From NCBI RefSeq assembly GCF_001194135.2, contig NC_068994.1:39464516-39528515 (forward strand): DNA of 64,000 nt. The letters are read 5' to 3'. The position numbers and the translations under genes are program-made. Each line of letters opens with the position of its first letter. Position 1 is the stretch's first letter. Origin of the DNA: Octopus bimaculoides (taxonomy: Eukaryota). Positions 37,926 through 51,044 of this stretch are shown in pieces. The notes under the pieces are model-generated. The model ran no database searches. It saw only the letters and a program-made list of their open reading frames with translations, and was not told the DNA's origin.

Positions 37926-38477
37926 ATATGATAAGTATATATTGTTATAAGAGTATGCTCACTTACAAACATAAACAGTCTGACACATAGGCATATGTTT
38001 ATATACAAATAATGTGCAAAAATCAACATTACTTTTTTGATTGTTCTCTTCATACTGTGTCTGCTATATTATATATACATATGCATGTGTATAAGCTCTA
38101 CATTACATTATAGAAATACACACTTACACAAACATACACACACACACAAACATACACACACACACATACATACACACACACATTTACTAGCTTTTCTCTT
38201 TTCTTAGTTGTACATATTTAAAAACTTCTGAGTGAAAATTCTTAACTAGAAATTTCTAAACAGTTTAGTGAAACATTTTGTTTGAAACTTCACAGTTAGT
38301 AAAGAGGAAATGAAAAAGAAAATTTCCCCAGGTAACAGGTATTCATTGTGCTTAAATATTACTTAGATGACATACACACATGTATATGAATGCTAATCTT
38401 TGTATCTTTATATTTCTATAGCTATCTAATTAAGTACCATGTATATGTATATATATATATATATTTATATCTATCTA

Positions 38478-38527
<50 letters not shown>

Positions 38528-38556
38528 GATAGATAGATAGATAGATAGTTAAATAA

Positions 38557-38592
<36 letters not shown>

Positions 38593-38638
38593 ATAGATAA
38601 ATAGACAGACAGACAGACAGACAGACAGATAGATAGAC

Positions 38639-38725
<87 letters not shown>

Positions 38726-39792
38726 TAGATTGATAGATAGATGGATAGGTAGATATAACTTTCTTTAGTTATTTGTTGGATTGTAAAATGTGAAGGATAC
38801 CTCAATGCTTTAACTTGAAAATCGATCCTTGTTTCCATTAAAGAGCTTAGTTTCTACAGTTAATAAAGTTATTATGTACACCTATTTAACTCCTCGTCAA
38901 CCTATAGTAATGCATTGAGGAAAACTTTCGCAGTGCTATTTACTTCTGTTTTGAATAGTACAATGAACAGAAGCAAACCTGCTGTTTGGGCCATAAGATA
39001 TATGGCAGTCTGACATGAATGGACCAAACACCACAAGGGTTTGAAGAATAATCAATAAAAATGGGTGCCTGGAGCTAAAAAAGCAATATTTAGAATACAG
39101 AAATACATTCGGTTGCCTTTAAGACACAACCCGACACTTCTTAGTTGAGTAGTATTAGACTTTATGTCTGTTTATTTTTCTTTTTTTACTTTAAACACAA
39201 TATAGTTAAATAGTTAAATAGTTTGTATTGTATAGTGTCATCATAGTTGATAAATACAATTAAGTATGAATTTTACTTTTACAATGTGCAATATGTTGAT
39301 TAATTTCCTAAAAGAATCAAGATAAAACATGTGGAAAGAAAATAATAAAAAAAGTTATATCAAAAACAGCAACAACAAACAAATAAAAAGAAAAGAAAAC
39401 TATTATTAACATTTCCAATGATTAATTACTGTACAAATATAACAGACTGTAAGACTTTAGAAAATATTTTAAATTTCTATAAGTATTCTGTCTTCAGTTT
39501 TACAATATGGTTTGTAAAACAAAAAAACATTTGCACACATATACATAAACACATACACATACTCACATACACACACATACATATATATCTATGTGTATAA
39601 ATATGTATAACTATTACAGCATTGCAGATTTGTTACAATTTTTTTGCAAAATTACTGTTAACAATGTGAATTATTTCTATGAGCACACCTGTATTACCTT
39701 GTAAAAACATAAGTGTGATTTAATACAAAAAAAGTCATGTTATAGATATATATATATAATATATATATATACATATGTATATATATACTTAC

Positions 39793-40130
39793 TTGTATTA
39801 CTAAATCCATTTCTGTTTGTTGTTAGATGAAATGTGTATCCTGCTGTAGAGTTGTACAGTTACTGCTGCTGTTGTGTTGGCGTGGTAGGAGAATTATATG
39901 GGCTGTTCTGTGTTGTGTTGTGAATAAGAGAGTGAGAGAGAGTGAGAGAAAGTGAGAGAAAGTGAGAACGAAATGGAAAAGAAAATAGAGAGAGTGAATG
40001 AGAAATATAGAGTGAGCAAGTAAAAAGAAAGAGAGAGTAAAGTAGAAAGAGAGGAGAGGGGCCTGTTCTCCTATTAAATGGAATATGTATTTAATATCTG
40101 CTGCTGCCAATGACAGGCTGATTGGGGCTT
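39793..40130 (-). promoter_or_regulatory. Candidate promoter and non-coding first exon of the protocadherin
   Basis: Non-repeat sequence with inverted CCAAT boxes (40107-40111, 40121-40125), an AT-rich TATA-like element (40088-40096), a CT-rich leader, and a CAA|GTAAGT donor at 39787-39792 on the gene's strand. The link to the gene is inference. Confidence 0.45.
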
Positions 40131-40798
40131 GCATGGGAGGAAATAAAAACTCTGCATTTAAATAGCAGCACACAAGTCAATGTAATCTTGAGTCATTTGT
40201 AATTTTGAAAACACAACCACATACACACATGCAAACTGCATATGCAAGTGCATACACATATACATATGTACATGTTCATAGACATAAGCATACACATATG
40301 TATATAGCTATATTACATAGACATACACCTTATACATAAATATATATATAAATTCACACACACATATATACATATAAATATACACCAATGTATATATATG
40401 TATATATGAGTGTGTGTATACACATACACACACACACATACTATTGTATGTGTATGAGGGAATCATTTTCATACATAGGAGGGGGAAAATTTTAACAAAA
40501 TTATGAGCATATAAATTCTTTTATGAGCTTATATGCTGCACTATATGTAAGAAAGCATGATCAAAAATGAGAATGTGTGACGGTGCATATGTTTGATAGA
40601 AATGAATGTACATATCTAAATATTTGTGCATGTGTATATATGTGGGTGTGTGCATGTGCATTCCCACATATATATCTATGCGTCCTTTCCATCCTTTTCT
40701 AACATGTGTGTATGTATACAAACACACAAAAAAACACTCACACACATGCATATAAATACATAAATACATGCAAATGTACATACATACAAACATACATC

Positions 40799-40833
<35 letters not shown>

Positions 40834-41305
40834 ACATTACAAACCATAAATAGCAAATTCTTAGAATTCATTTTTAAAAAGCAACTATACACACATACAC
40901 ACACATGCACATGCACTCACACATGCATGCATACACACACACACGCACACACATATACACACATACAAGGAGATAAATAGATAGATAGATAAAGATAGAT
41001 ATTCACTTGCACACATGAGAGGAATAGATGAATTTTTTATTAACAAATTTATGTAACTTATATTGCACAAGTACCTAAATATGAGTAAATATACACTATA
41101 TATATGTGTATNNNNNNNNNNNNNNNNNNNNNNNNNNNNNNNNNNNNNNNNNNNNNNNNNNNNNNNNNNNNNNNNNNNNNNNNNNNNNNNNNNNNNNNNN
41201 NNNNNNNNNNNNNNNNNNNNNNNNNNNNNNNNNNNNNNNNNNNNNNNNNNNNNNNNNNNNNNNNNNNNNNNNNNNNNNNNNNNNNNNNNNNNNNNNNNNN
41301 NNNNN

Positions 41306-41346
<41 letters not shown>

Positions 41347-42227
41347 TATATATATATGTGTGTGTATGTGTGTTTATAAATATATAAATTTGTAAATATA
41401 TATATATACATATACCAATATTTTAAGTATATGTGTATACATTATGCCTGTGTTATGTGTGTGTGGGTGTGTGTGTGTGTGTATACACACATACACACAC
41501 ACACATACATATACACACAAATATATACACATGCACAAACATATAAAAATATATCTTTATAGTTATATATATTTATGTATGTAAGTATTTATAGTCATGC
41601 AAGAAGATGGGTTGGCAGGTGATGGGAGGAAGCTTCATTTGCCATTTATCTGTTTATTCAGTCCTATCAAATTTCCTTTATCTACAACACATAAGAAGAT
41701 ATGTACTAATTACAAAGCCAAGAAACATCTGCCAGATCATATTCAGTGAACACATATTTAATAATGCATATGAAAGAAAACTGCCCCATTAAATAAAAAT
41801 TAATTCTATCTTATGGTATTTGCAGTTATCTTCCGATGCACAATTTTTAAAAATAATTGTCAAAGAGAATGGGAAAAACTCATTTTTAGTAAAGAGGAAA
41901 AGAATTTCTTCTTTCCAAATGGAAAATATATTGACTTAACATGAACACATTTTTATAATCTCTACCTGCAATTACATATGTATTTTTAGTTGCACATAGT
42001 TCTTTCAAAAAGATTTCGATGAAAAAAAAAATGCTGCCAAAATAAAGAAAATTATTTTCTAAATTAGCTATTGTAGTTGAAGAGATATATAAAATTAGTA
42101 ACAATTCATAAGTCTAAATGTAGTCTGTATTGAAAAAGTGTATAAAATGTATATTTTTTTTCTTGAATTGGAGTATATCATTTCTCAGAAACATAAAGTT
42201 GTATTTTTTACATTGCAATATATATAT

Positions 42228-42290
<63 letters not shown>

Positions 42291-42497
42291 GTACATATAT
42301 ATATCTATGTATATATATGTGTATGTGCGTACGTGTGTGTGTCCATGTACATACATATATAAATGTACACATCTATATAAATATATGTTCATATATATGC
42401 ATATATTCATATATACATATATATGTGTATATATATATATATGTGTGTATATATATGTATATATATATATCTATATATATAATTATATAACTATATA

Positions 42498-42538
<41 letters not shown>

Positions 42539-45141
42539 ATGTGTATATATGTACACACACACACATGCACACATGCACACACATATATGTTAAGTCATGT
42601 ATATGGAATTCATAGTGTAATTACAAAATTAACAATCTAGCTAATTAAATAAAGGCTCTTTAAAGAAAAAGAATCTCATGTAAGCATATAATATCAAACC
42701 AATCATGTATAATGATGAACCTAAGAAAAACAATATTTTCTACAATGATAATGATAGTATCGGTGGTGGTTGTGGTGTTGATGGTAACGGTAGTGGTGAT
42801 GATGAGGAGGACAATGATGATGCTGATGATAACGATGATGATTATGAAAGTGTGATGATGAAATTAGTGAAAACAATGGTTATGGATTCTAGTTTTGAAA
42901 TGAACATAATTTTTTATGTTTTGCTACAGTAAATTAACTTTCATGAAACAAAGAAATTATCATGTATCACTCTAGATATTCAATTATTTTGTAGTAAAAC
43001 ACTATAACATATACTGTGTTTAAATGTTTTTATAAAGACAATAAAATCATCAGTTTTCTTAGTGAACTTGACACAATGCATTAAATCACATTTGTACAGC
43101 AGCAACTGGCAAAGTTATTAGAGCATTGGATAAAAATCCTTTGTAGTATCTGTTCTACCCCTCTGTGCTCTAAGTCCAAGTCCTGTTGAGGACAATGTTG
43201 CTTTTCAAGGTCAATAAAATTAAGTATCATTCCAGAGTAGGAGATTGGTAGGACTATTAATGCATCAGTTGAAATTTCTTGTGGCATGTTTTCTAGCTGT
43301 TTATGTTCTGAGTTCTTAATAATAGATTTCATCTGATGCCCAGCTAACATCGCCACCTAATCTTTGGGTATCTGTTGTGAAGCTAACTCTGTTGTAAGCA
43401 TTTGGTGTTAGTCTCCAGTTTGAGGACAAATTCAATCTTTTTCCTTTTCTGTTTTTGAAAGCCTTGAAAAACTAAAGAGACATGTGTATTGGCTTTGCCT
43501 CCATCATTAAATAGTAAAAAAAATAAATATTTAATAAGCTTCCAGACTATTTTATGTTCAAAAAAGGCCCAAGCAAATGAAAATCTGTCCTGAACTTATA
43601 GTTTCATGAGGCTGCATTATCAATGCATTTAGTACAATACTTTCTCCTGTACAGGATGATAGTCCATCATAAGGTAAACTCCAAGGTGCCACTGATACTC
43701 ATTTACAGATGGGTGTAGAAGAGCAGTATAAAACAATGTACTTCACATATAAAGGTACAATGTGCTATCCTGTTTGATAATTGAACCCACAAACTAATAA
43801 TCATAAACCCAACTGCCTAACCACAAGGCTATGCTATTTCATGCAAGCAGGCTGCAAGAAGCATAGTGCAGTAATCAAATATGATTTATGTTAATAATAC
43901 TTTGAATGCAGCATTTCAGTACCAATGCTATTTTGTTGTTGCAATGGATAAGTTGTTAAAATATATCTAAATAAAATACTAGGTGAAATGATCTCATGGT
44001 TGCTTCCATGAGAATGTATTGTATTATTTCAGTTAACAAACTCATACACTCTAGAAAGATAAATTTTAACAAATAAAACATGGATTTTCAGTCTTTGTCT
44101 GTACCTAGCAAAAATCTGATTCCATAAAAGAATATGACAAAACTTTGACACTAACTTGAAAATATAGAAGAAATATTTAGGTCCATTTAATAGAATCTTA
44201 TTGAAAACAGCAATAGTAGAAGAAATAGGCATCTATTGAAAATATTGGTTCAGTATAAAAAACCAGCATTTATGTTTAACAGAAACCATTATTCCGCTTA
44301 AAACTTATTTCCTTTTAGTGATATCATGAAGCACATGTTTCTCCACTCCCTTTTTTATATATTAAAATCTTAAATATCAAAATATAGACAACATTAGTAA
44401 TATGATATCCTCTCAGGAAATAACTACAATAACTGTATATTTCATTGAATTGCTAAACATTGGCAAGCTTTCATCTTTGTAAAATACACTCTTCTCTGGA
44501 AATGAAGTGTAGATGACACATGGCTTTCATAGGATTATGTACTGTTGTTAAGATAAAGAAATTTTCTAAAGAATTGAGAAAATAACATGTTTAAAAGTTA
44601 TCCCAAATAAACATTCTTTATAGTTGCAATTATTCCTCGAAAATTACAATAAAACGATGTAGAAATTGCTAAACCAAAGATCAATCAAGCATCAAAGTAA
44701 TGCAGTTTGAGACCATCAAAACTGATACTAATTCAAAAATTAGTAAATGGGTAGAAAACTAGGAAGATAACCACAGTTATGGCGATGATGACAATATTAA
44801 TTATAATGTCAACAATCTTTATGCAATAGTAACAATATTGGCTAAAATTGAAAAATATTTCAGCCTATCTGTCATAACGAAATGTCTAGTTGTTATAATA
44901 TGCTTCAAATTCATCATCAGTATATTGTTAATTTAATTAAATTAATTTCCACACCACCCATCCACCAGTTCAAATTTGTTGAGATGGAAGAAATCATGAG
45001 AAAAATGAAGAAGCCATGTAGATTAGGATTATGTTGATGCACAAAGTAAATAAGATTAGTTTCCTTGAAGGAATAATTAATACCATACAGATAACACAAC
45101 AAATATGGTTCCTGTTAGATTAGTTATCAAAGATTAATAGC

Positions 45142-45176
<35 letters not shown>

Positions 45177-45204
45177 TTACAGTAATAATGATAATAATAA
45201 TAAT

Positions 45205-45390
45205 AGCTTCAAATTTTGGCACAAGGTCAGCAATAGGTTGTAAGTCAAATATATTGACCTCAGTGCTTTGTTGGCACTTATTATATTGACCCTGAAAAAA
45301 ATGAAAGACAAAGCTGACCTTGGCAGAATTTGAACTCAGAATGTGAAGATGAATGAAATGCCACTAAAGCATTTTGCCAGCTCACTGTCT
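45205..45390 (-). mobile_element. SINE family A embedded in (AAT)n
   Basis: Family A core and B box on the minus strand, with (AAT)n on both sides (45118-45204, 45391-45429). Confidence 0.8.
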
Positions 45391-45391
45391 C

Positions 45392-45439
<48 letters not shown>

Positions 45440-45448
45440 TTTTTTTAA

Positions 45449-46718
45449 ATAAAGAAAGAGTACTATAGGCGAGTTAGATCAATACTAAAAACAGAGCTCA
45501 ATGCTAAAAACAAGATAATGGGTATCAACACTTTAGCTGTCCCAGTTATAAGCTACAGCTACAACATCCTTAACTGGACACTAAACGAACTATGTAAAAT
45601 AGACAGGAAAACAAGAAAAATAATGACAGGATATAGGATGCACCACCCAAAATCTGACATAGANNNNNNNNNNNNNNNNNNNNNNNNNNNNNNNNNNNNN
45701 NNNNNNNNNNNNNNNNNNNNNNNNNNNNNNNNNNNNNNNNNNNNNNNNNNNNNNNNNNNNNNNNNNNNNNNNNNNNNNNNNNNNNNNNNNNNNNNNNNNN
45801 NNNNNNNNNNNNNNNNNNNNNNNNNNNNNNNNNNNNNNNNNNNNNNNNNNNNNNNNNNNNNNNNNNNNNNNNNNNNNNNNNNNNNNNNNNNNNNNNNNNN
45901 NNNNNNNNNNNNNNNNNNNNNNNNNNNNNNNNNNNNNNNNNNNNNNNNNNNNNNNNNNNNNNNNNNNNNNNNNNNNNNNNNNNNNNNNNNNNNNNNNNNN
46001 NNNNNNNNNNNNNNNNNNNNNNNNNNNNNNNNNNNNNNNNNNNNNNNNNNNNNNNNNNNNNNNNNNNNNNNNNNNNNNNNNNNNNNNNNNNNNNNNNNNN
46101 NNNNNNNNNNNNNNNNNNNNNNNNNNNNNNNNNNNNNNNNNNNNNNNNNNNNNNNNNNNNNNNNNNNNNNNNNNNNNNNNNNNNNNNNNNNNNNNNNNNN
46201 NNNNNNNNNNNNNNNNNNNNNNNNNNNNNNNNNNNNNNNNNNNNNNNNNNNNNNNNNNNNNNNNNNNNNNNNNNNNNNNNNNNNNNNNNNNNNNNNNNNN
46301 NNNNNNNNNNNNNNNNNNNNNNNNNNNNNNNNNNNNNNNNNNNNNNNNNNNNNNNNNNNNNNNNNNNNNNNNNNNNNNNTGGAAAAACTTTCAAAATACA
46401 AAGACCTGGAAATAGAGATAACTCGAATGTGGAATCTAAAAACAGAAACAATTCCTATCATAGTAGGTGCCTTAGGTATAATAAAAAAATATTCAGACAA
46501 ATACATAACAAAAATAGCAGGACTTACAAATATATATAACATACAGAAAATTGCACTACTGGGTACTGCACACATTCTACGCAAAACACTTTCAATACAG
46601 TAAACATAAGAGCACCACAGCAAACCACAGCACATACCCAAGGCGCACAGAGCTGCGCTCGGTAGCGAAGTGAAAGCACGTTATAAAAATAAAACTACTG
46701 AATAATAATAATAATAAT
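45449..46718 (+). mobile_element. 5'-truncated R4/Dong-like non-LTR retrotransposon (RT C-terminus, gap, restriction-like endonuclease, 3' UTR, (AAT)n)
   Basis: Reads KKEYYRRVRSILKTELNAKNKIMGINTLAVPVISYS...HHPKSDI, then after the gap EKLSKYKDLEIEITRMWNLKTETIPIIVGALG...KIALLGTAHILRKTL*. It is flanked by (AAT)n on both sides. Frame continuity across the N-gap cannot be verified. Confidence 0.9.
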
Positions 46719-46721
46719 GAT

Positions 46722-47215
46722 ACTGAAACCTGCAAAATACTGTGGGATTTCCCAATCTAAACAGACCAGGTGCTTGAGAACAGCAAGCTGGACTTAGTGG
46801 TTAGTGGACAAGGTGAACCATATGTGCTCTATAATTCCCGTTGAAGGAAGGCAAGACAATAGACATATAAAATCCTCTTGAATGTGAGATAGTTTGATTA
46901 GGAAAAATGAGAAAAGTGAAGATAGTCCCATCTATTGTTGGGTCCTTGGGGATGGGCAGTATCAGAAGGCATGAAGAGGAATATAAAAGAAAGCAGAATA
47001 GAAGGCCCCAAACTCTTTGAAACAGCTGTAGAGCTGTTGAAAAACGTTTGCCTCCTTGATATGGCCAGAATCATAAAGGAAAGTATTAGACAGTGGAAAA
47101 AAAACAGATAGCATGGTACCATAGGCTGTAGGTAGCAAGCCAGCTACTCATGCAAGACTCCAGAAGTTTCGACACAACCTAAGTTAAAAGGAAAATAATA
47201 ATGATGATGATGATA
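46722..47215 (+). mobile_element. Older R4/Dong-like endonuclease-domain fragment
   Basis: CKILWDFPI*TDQVLENSKLDLVV resembles the KILWDFxIQTD...NRPDIVV motif. A PSIVGSLG-like segment follows and it ends at an AAT/GAT repeat. Confidence 0.65.
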
Positions 47216-47239
47216 ACAACAATAATGTTAATAACAGCA

Positions 47240-47870
47240 ATTGTCTCTAACATAAGTAAAGGCCTGAAGAAGTGGAGGAGAGTAGTTAATTATATTCACT
47301 CAAATATTTTATTTTATCAACCCTGAAATGATGAAAAACCAAATTGACCTTCGTGGGATTTGGACCCAGAAGGTAAAGAGGCAGAAGACATACCACAACG
47401 CATTTTATGTTTCACATACTAATAGTTCAACCAATCCACTAAAATAATAAAACATCTCCAACATAAACAAAAAACCTGAAATTTAGGGTTGGGGTTGGTT
47501 ACTATTATTAACAACAGTGCTTGATGGTTACTTTATTTCTTTGAACTTGGAAGGATAAAAAGCAAAGTAGACCATGACAGGATTTGAACCCATAAATGTA
47601 AAGAGCCAAAATACCTACTGCTAAGTTTCTTTCCTAATATTTCAACAATATTGCCAGTCCACCAACCTTAGTGACACAAGGGTAGAAATTTGTGAGGAGG
47701 TGGCTAGTTGATTAAGTTAGCCTGAATATTAGACTGCTACTTTATATTATCAACCACAGTGTGATGTAAAGCAAATTTGACCTCTGCAGAATTTGAACTT
47801 AGAATGTGAAATGCTGAAAGACATACCACATACCTATTTATCCAATGCTCTAGGGGCTTTGTCAATAAAT
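47240..47870 (-). mobile_element. Three head-to-tail degenerate SINE family A copies
   Basis: The core/B-box motif (gatgaaa..caaa.ttgacc...gatttgaac.cagaa) recurs at about 47330, 47555 and 47765. Confidence 0.65.
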
Positions 47871-48239
47871 CGCATTCTACAAAATAAGTTTAAAACTCAG
47901 TGAATATACATTCCTAGAAGGAAGAGTGGTAGGGGACTATTGAACATCAGGGCGCAATATAAAAAGGGAGCTATTGATGTTGTTAGCTTTCCAATTCACA
48001 AAAACAGCCTTCTAACAGCCTTCTAAGTACCCTTGTTGAGAATGATAAAAAAAAAATATGGTAGCAAATTGATTATATCTATGGCAACAAAATTCTCACA
48101 AGAAATTGGTTCAAACTTTGAACAGCTAAAGCCTGAACCTAAAGCAGCAGCAAAAACAAATATATCGATGGCATAGAGTGAACAACCATAAAGGCATGCC
48201 TGCATATGGCCAATATTTTCATGAACTGGATGCTCCATG

Positions 48240-48960
48240 TATCAATAAAAAAAAACTATCACAAGCTTCGATATGCAGATCAAGCCTGAATGGGACAGCA
48301 AAGGCAACAACATTTACAATACAGGAGAAAACCATCACCACTAAATATATTAAAAGGAATATTCATTATTTCTTACAATACAGATGATAAATGTTACTGG
48401 TGTGGGGCATTTCCTCAGATAATACGCACTTTATCAGGACATTTGATTCTAGTTCTGACTAAATACAATTGGAGACACAATAACATGGCAAATCTGCACA
48501 ACAAAAACCTAGCCAGAAAATTTTCTTCGCGAAGAAAAAATTCTCTGGCATTTATATGAACCACCCCTTATCTTATAAACTAATATAGAAATACTATGGG
48601 ACTTTAGCATACAGATAAATCATCATGTAACACCAAATATACCAAACATCATTCTTCATATCCTAAATAATAATAATATATTCATTATCAGCATCGCTAT
48701 ACCAAATGATCATAATGTTGTGTAGAAATGAATGGAAACTACAAGCTATACACCAATTTAGATTTGAATTAAAAACCTTATTGCAGAAGAGATATGTATC
48801 AAACATTTCATTTGAAATTGGAACAACTGCAGTGGAACACACAATCATTTCTGTAAGGACATAAAAATAAAATTATCGATAAGTGTAGAAGTAGGAATGT
48901 TCCAGAAACTAGTCATTTGAAAATCAATGAATATTCTCAGGACACTCTCAAGCAGCATGT
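48240..48960 (+). mobile_element. Highly decayed R4/Dong-like fragment (zinc-knuckle and endonuclease region)
   Basis: DDKCYWCG...KYNWRHNNMANLH resembles CRxCxxxxETxxHIxxxC...YxxRHNxVA, and EILWDFSIQ follows at about 48590. Confidence 0.6.
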
Positions 48961-49189
48961 GGTAACATTGGCTTCTTTTATTTACACGTGAACATTCTCT
49001 TTAATCTTCAATGCTTTAGTTAACCTTGAGCAATTTCATTAACTGTGAACATCTTCTTTAAACTTGGATACATCTATGTGTATTCTTCAAGAAATACATG
49101 TTTCGTGTTGTAACAGAATGAAAAACTCCTGATATATTTTCAAATCATGAAAATGATAAAAGATATTTCTAATTTAGGTACAAGCTAAG

Positions 49190-49510
49190 CAATTTTTGAA
49201 GGGAAGGTTTAATGGAGACCATCTAGCCCAGTATGTGACTGGTACTTGCTTTCTTTGATCAGCAGAGAGATGAGAAGCAAAGTTAGAATTTGAACTCTGA
49301 AGTCAAAGAACCAGAATAAATATCACAAGGCATTTTGTCTGATACGCTGCTAACCCACCTACACAATAATAATAAAAGCAAAAAATTTGATAAAAAATTG
49401 ACCCCAGTATCTGAATGATATTGTATTTTATCAACCCCTAAAAAGATGAAAGACAAATGTCTTTGTCTGGATTTGAACTCACAATATAAAGAGCTAGAAG
49501 AAACACTACA
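49190..49510 (-). mobile_element. Two degenerate SINE family A fragments
   Basis: cccagtatgtgactggtactt...agaatttgaactc and ttgaccccagtatc...gatgaaagacaaa...ggatttgaactc. Confidence 0.55.
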
Positions 49511-50992
49511 AGGTAGTGATTCATTGCTTGAAAAATTCTGTGCAATATATAAACAGGAGCAATAGCTATCATGATGTAGATACTAACCATAATGCAAAAA
49601 CCATACCAGGGCTGATAACATCACAGCATCCAAAAATTTATTGTGATAGGCACAACCCGCTTCCTTATCAAGACACTTTCATTTCAATACCATAATTCAC
49701 ACAGTGTGCACTTTGCACGACTCATATATGTAATCTATATAATCCTCACCCAATAAAACAACAAAGCTACTTATGTAATATGCGCTACTCAATGTAGAGT
49801 TCTTGATATATATATGTATTTATGTATGTATGTATGTATATATATATGTATGTATACACACATGCACCCACACACACAGACATCCATATACATACATAAA
49901 AATGCATACATACGAAGCAAACTATAAATGACCAAGCATTAAACATAGTTCTAGATGAATTGACAATGATATTAACACACAAAGAAAACATCATTAAAAC
50001 AATATTATAAAGTTAACAATGTCCAATTATAGAGTGATATTAAACAGTATTACAAAGTAGTCAAATAATATGGAACAGAGAAAATAGTTAGCAATATTAG
50101 AAGGTGGTTGAATACTATCCAACAGTATTAAGAAGAAGCTGAAAAGCAAGCATAAAGGTTTTATTCTCTATTCCCAATTGAGAAAACGAGAAAACATCTG
50201 CATTAATGATAGTAATAAAACTGTACAACAGCAGAGACAACAATGATAATGATAGAATAATTGGTGCATATCTTTCTGTCGATATCAAGAATTTAGCTTC
50301 AATATTGCCAGCTTGAGGTAAGATTAGAGAATTAAATTACTTTTTATTGACTATTATTGACTGTAAAGATTAGACTAAATGGTCGGTGTTGTAGGTAAAG
50401 TGCTTGCCGGCTTGCTACAGGAAGCTGTGTGTTCTACAGGAGGAGTGTTACTGTACAATCCCTAAGGACCTCTTTATGTGTGACTGCACTACATTTCCAA
50501 TAGAAATAATTGGCACCATTAAGAAAATCCTGCTTATGAAGAAGAAAAAGACTAACTTTATTTCTCAAGAGCCTGGGGAGATAGATATATATAGATAAAA
50601 ACGTACAGAGACACAGAAATACCACACACAGAAAGACATATATATATATATATATNNNNNNNNNNNNNNNNNNNNNNNNNNNNNNNNNNNNNNNNNNNNN
50701 NNNNNNNNNNNNNNNNNNNNNNNNNNNNNNNNNNNNNNNNNNNNNNNNNNNNNNNNNNNNNNNNNNNNNNNNNNNNNNNNNNNNNNNNNNNNNNNNNNNN
50801 NNNNNNNNNNNNNNNNNNNNNNNNNNNNNNNNNNNNNNNNNNNNNNNNNNNNNNNNNNNNNNNNNNNNNNNNNNNNNNNNNNNNNNNNNNNNNNNNNNNN
50901 NNNNNNNNNNNNNNNNNNNNNNNNNNNNNNNNNNNNNNNNNNNNNNNNNNNNNNNNNNNNNNNNNNNNNNNNNNNNNNNNNNNNNNNNNNNN

Positions 50993-51044
<52 letters not shown>

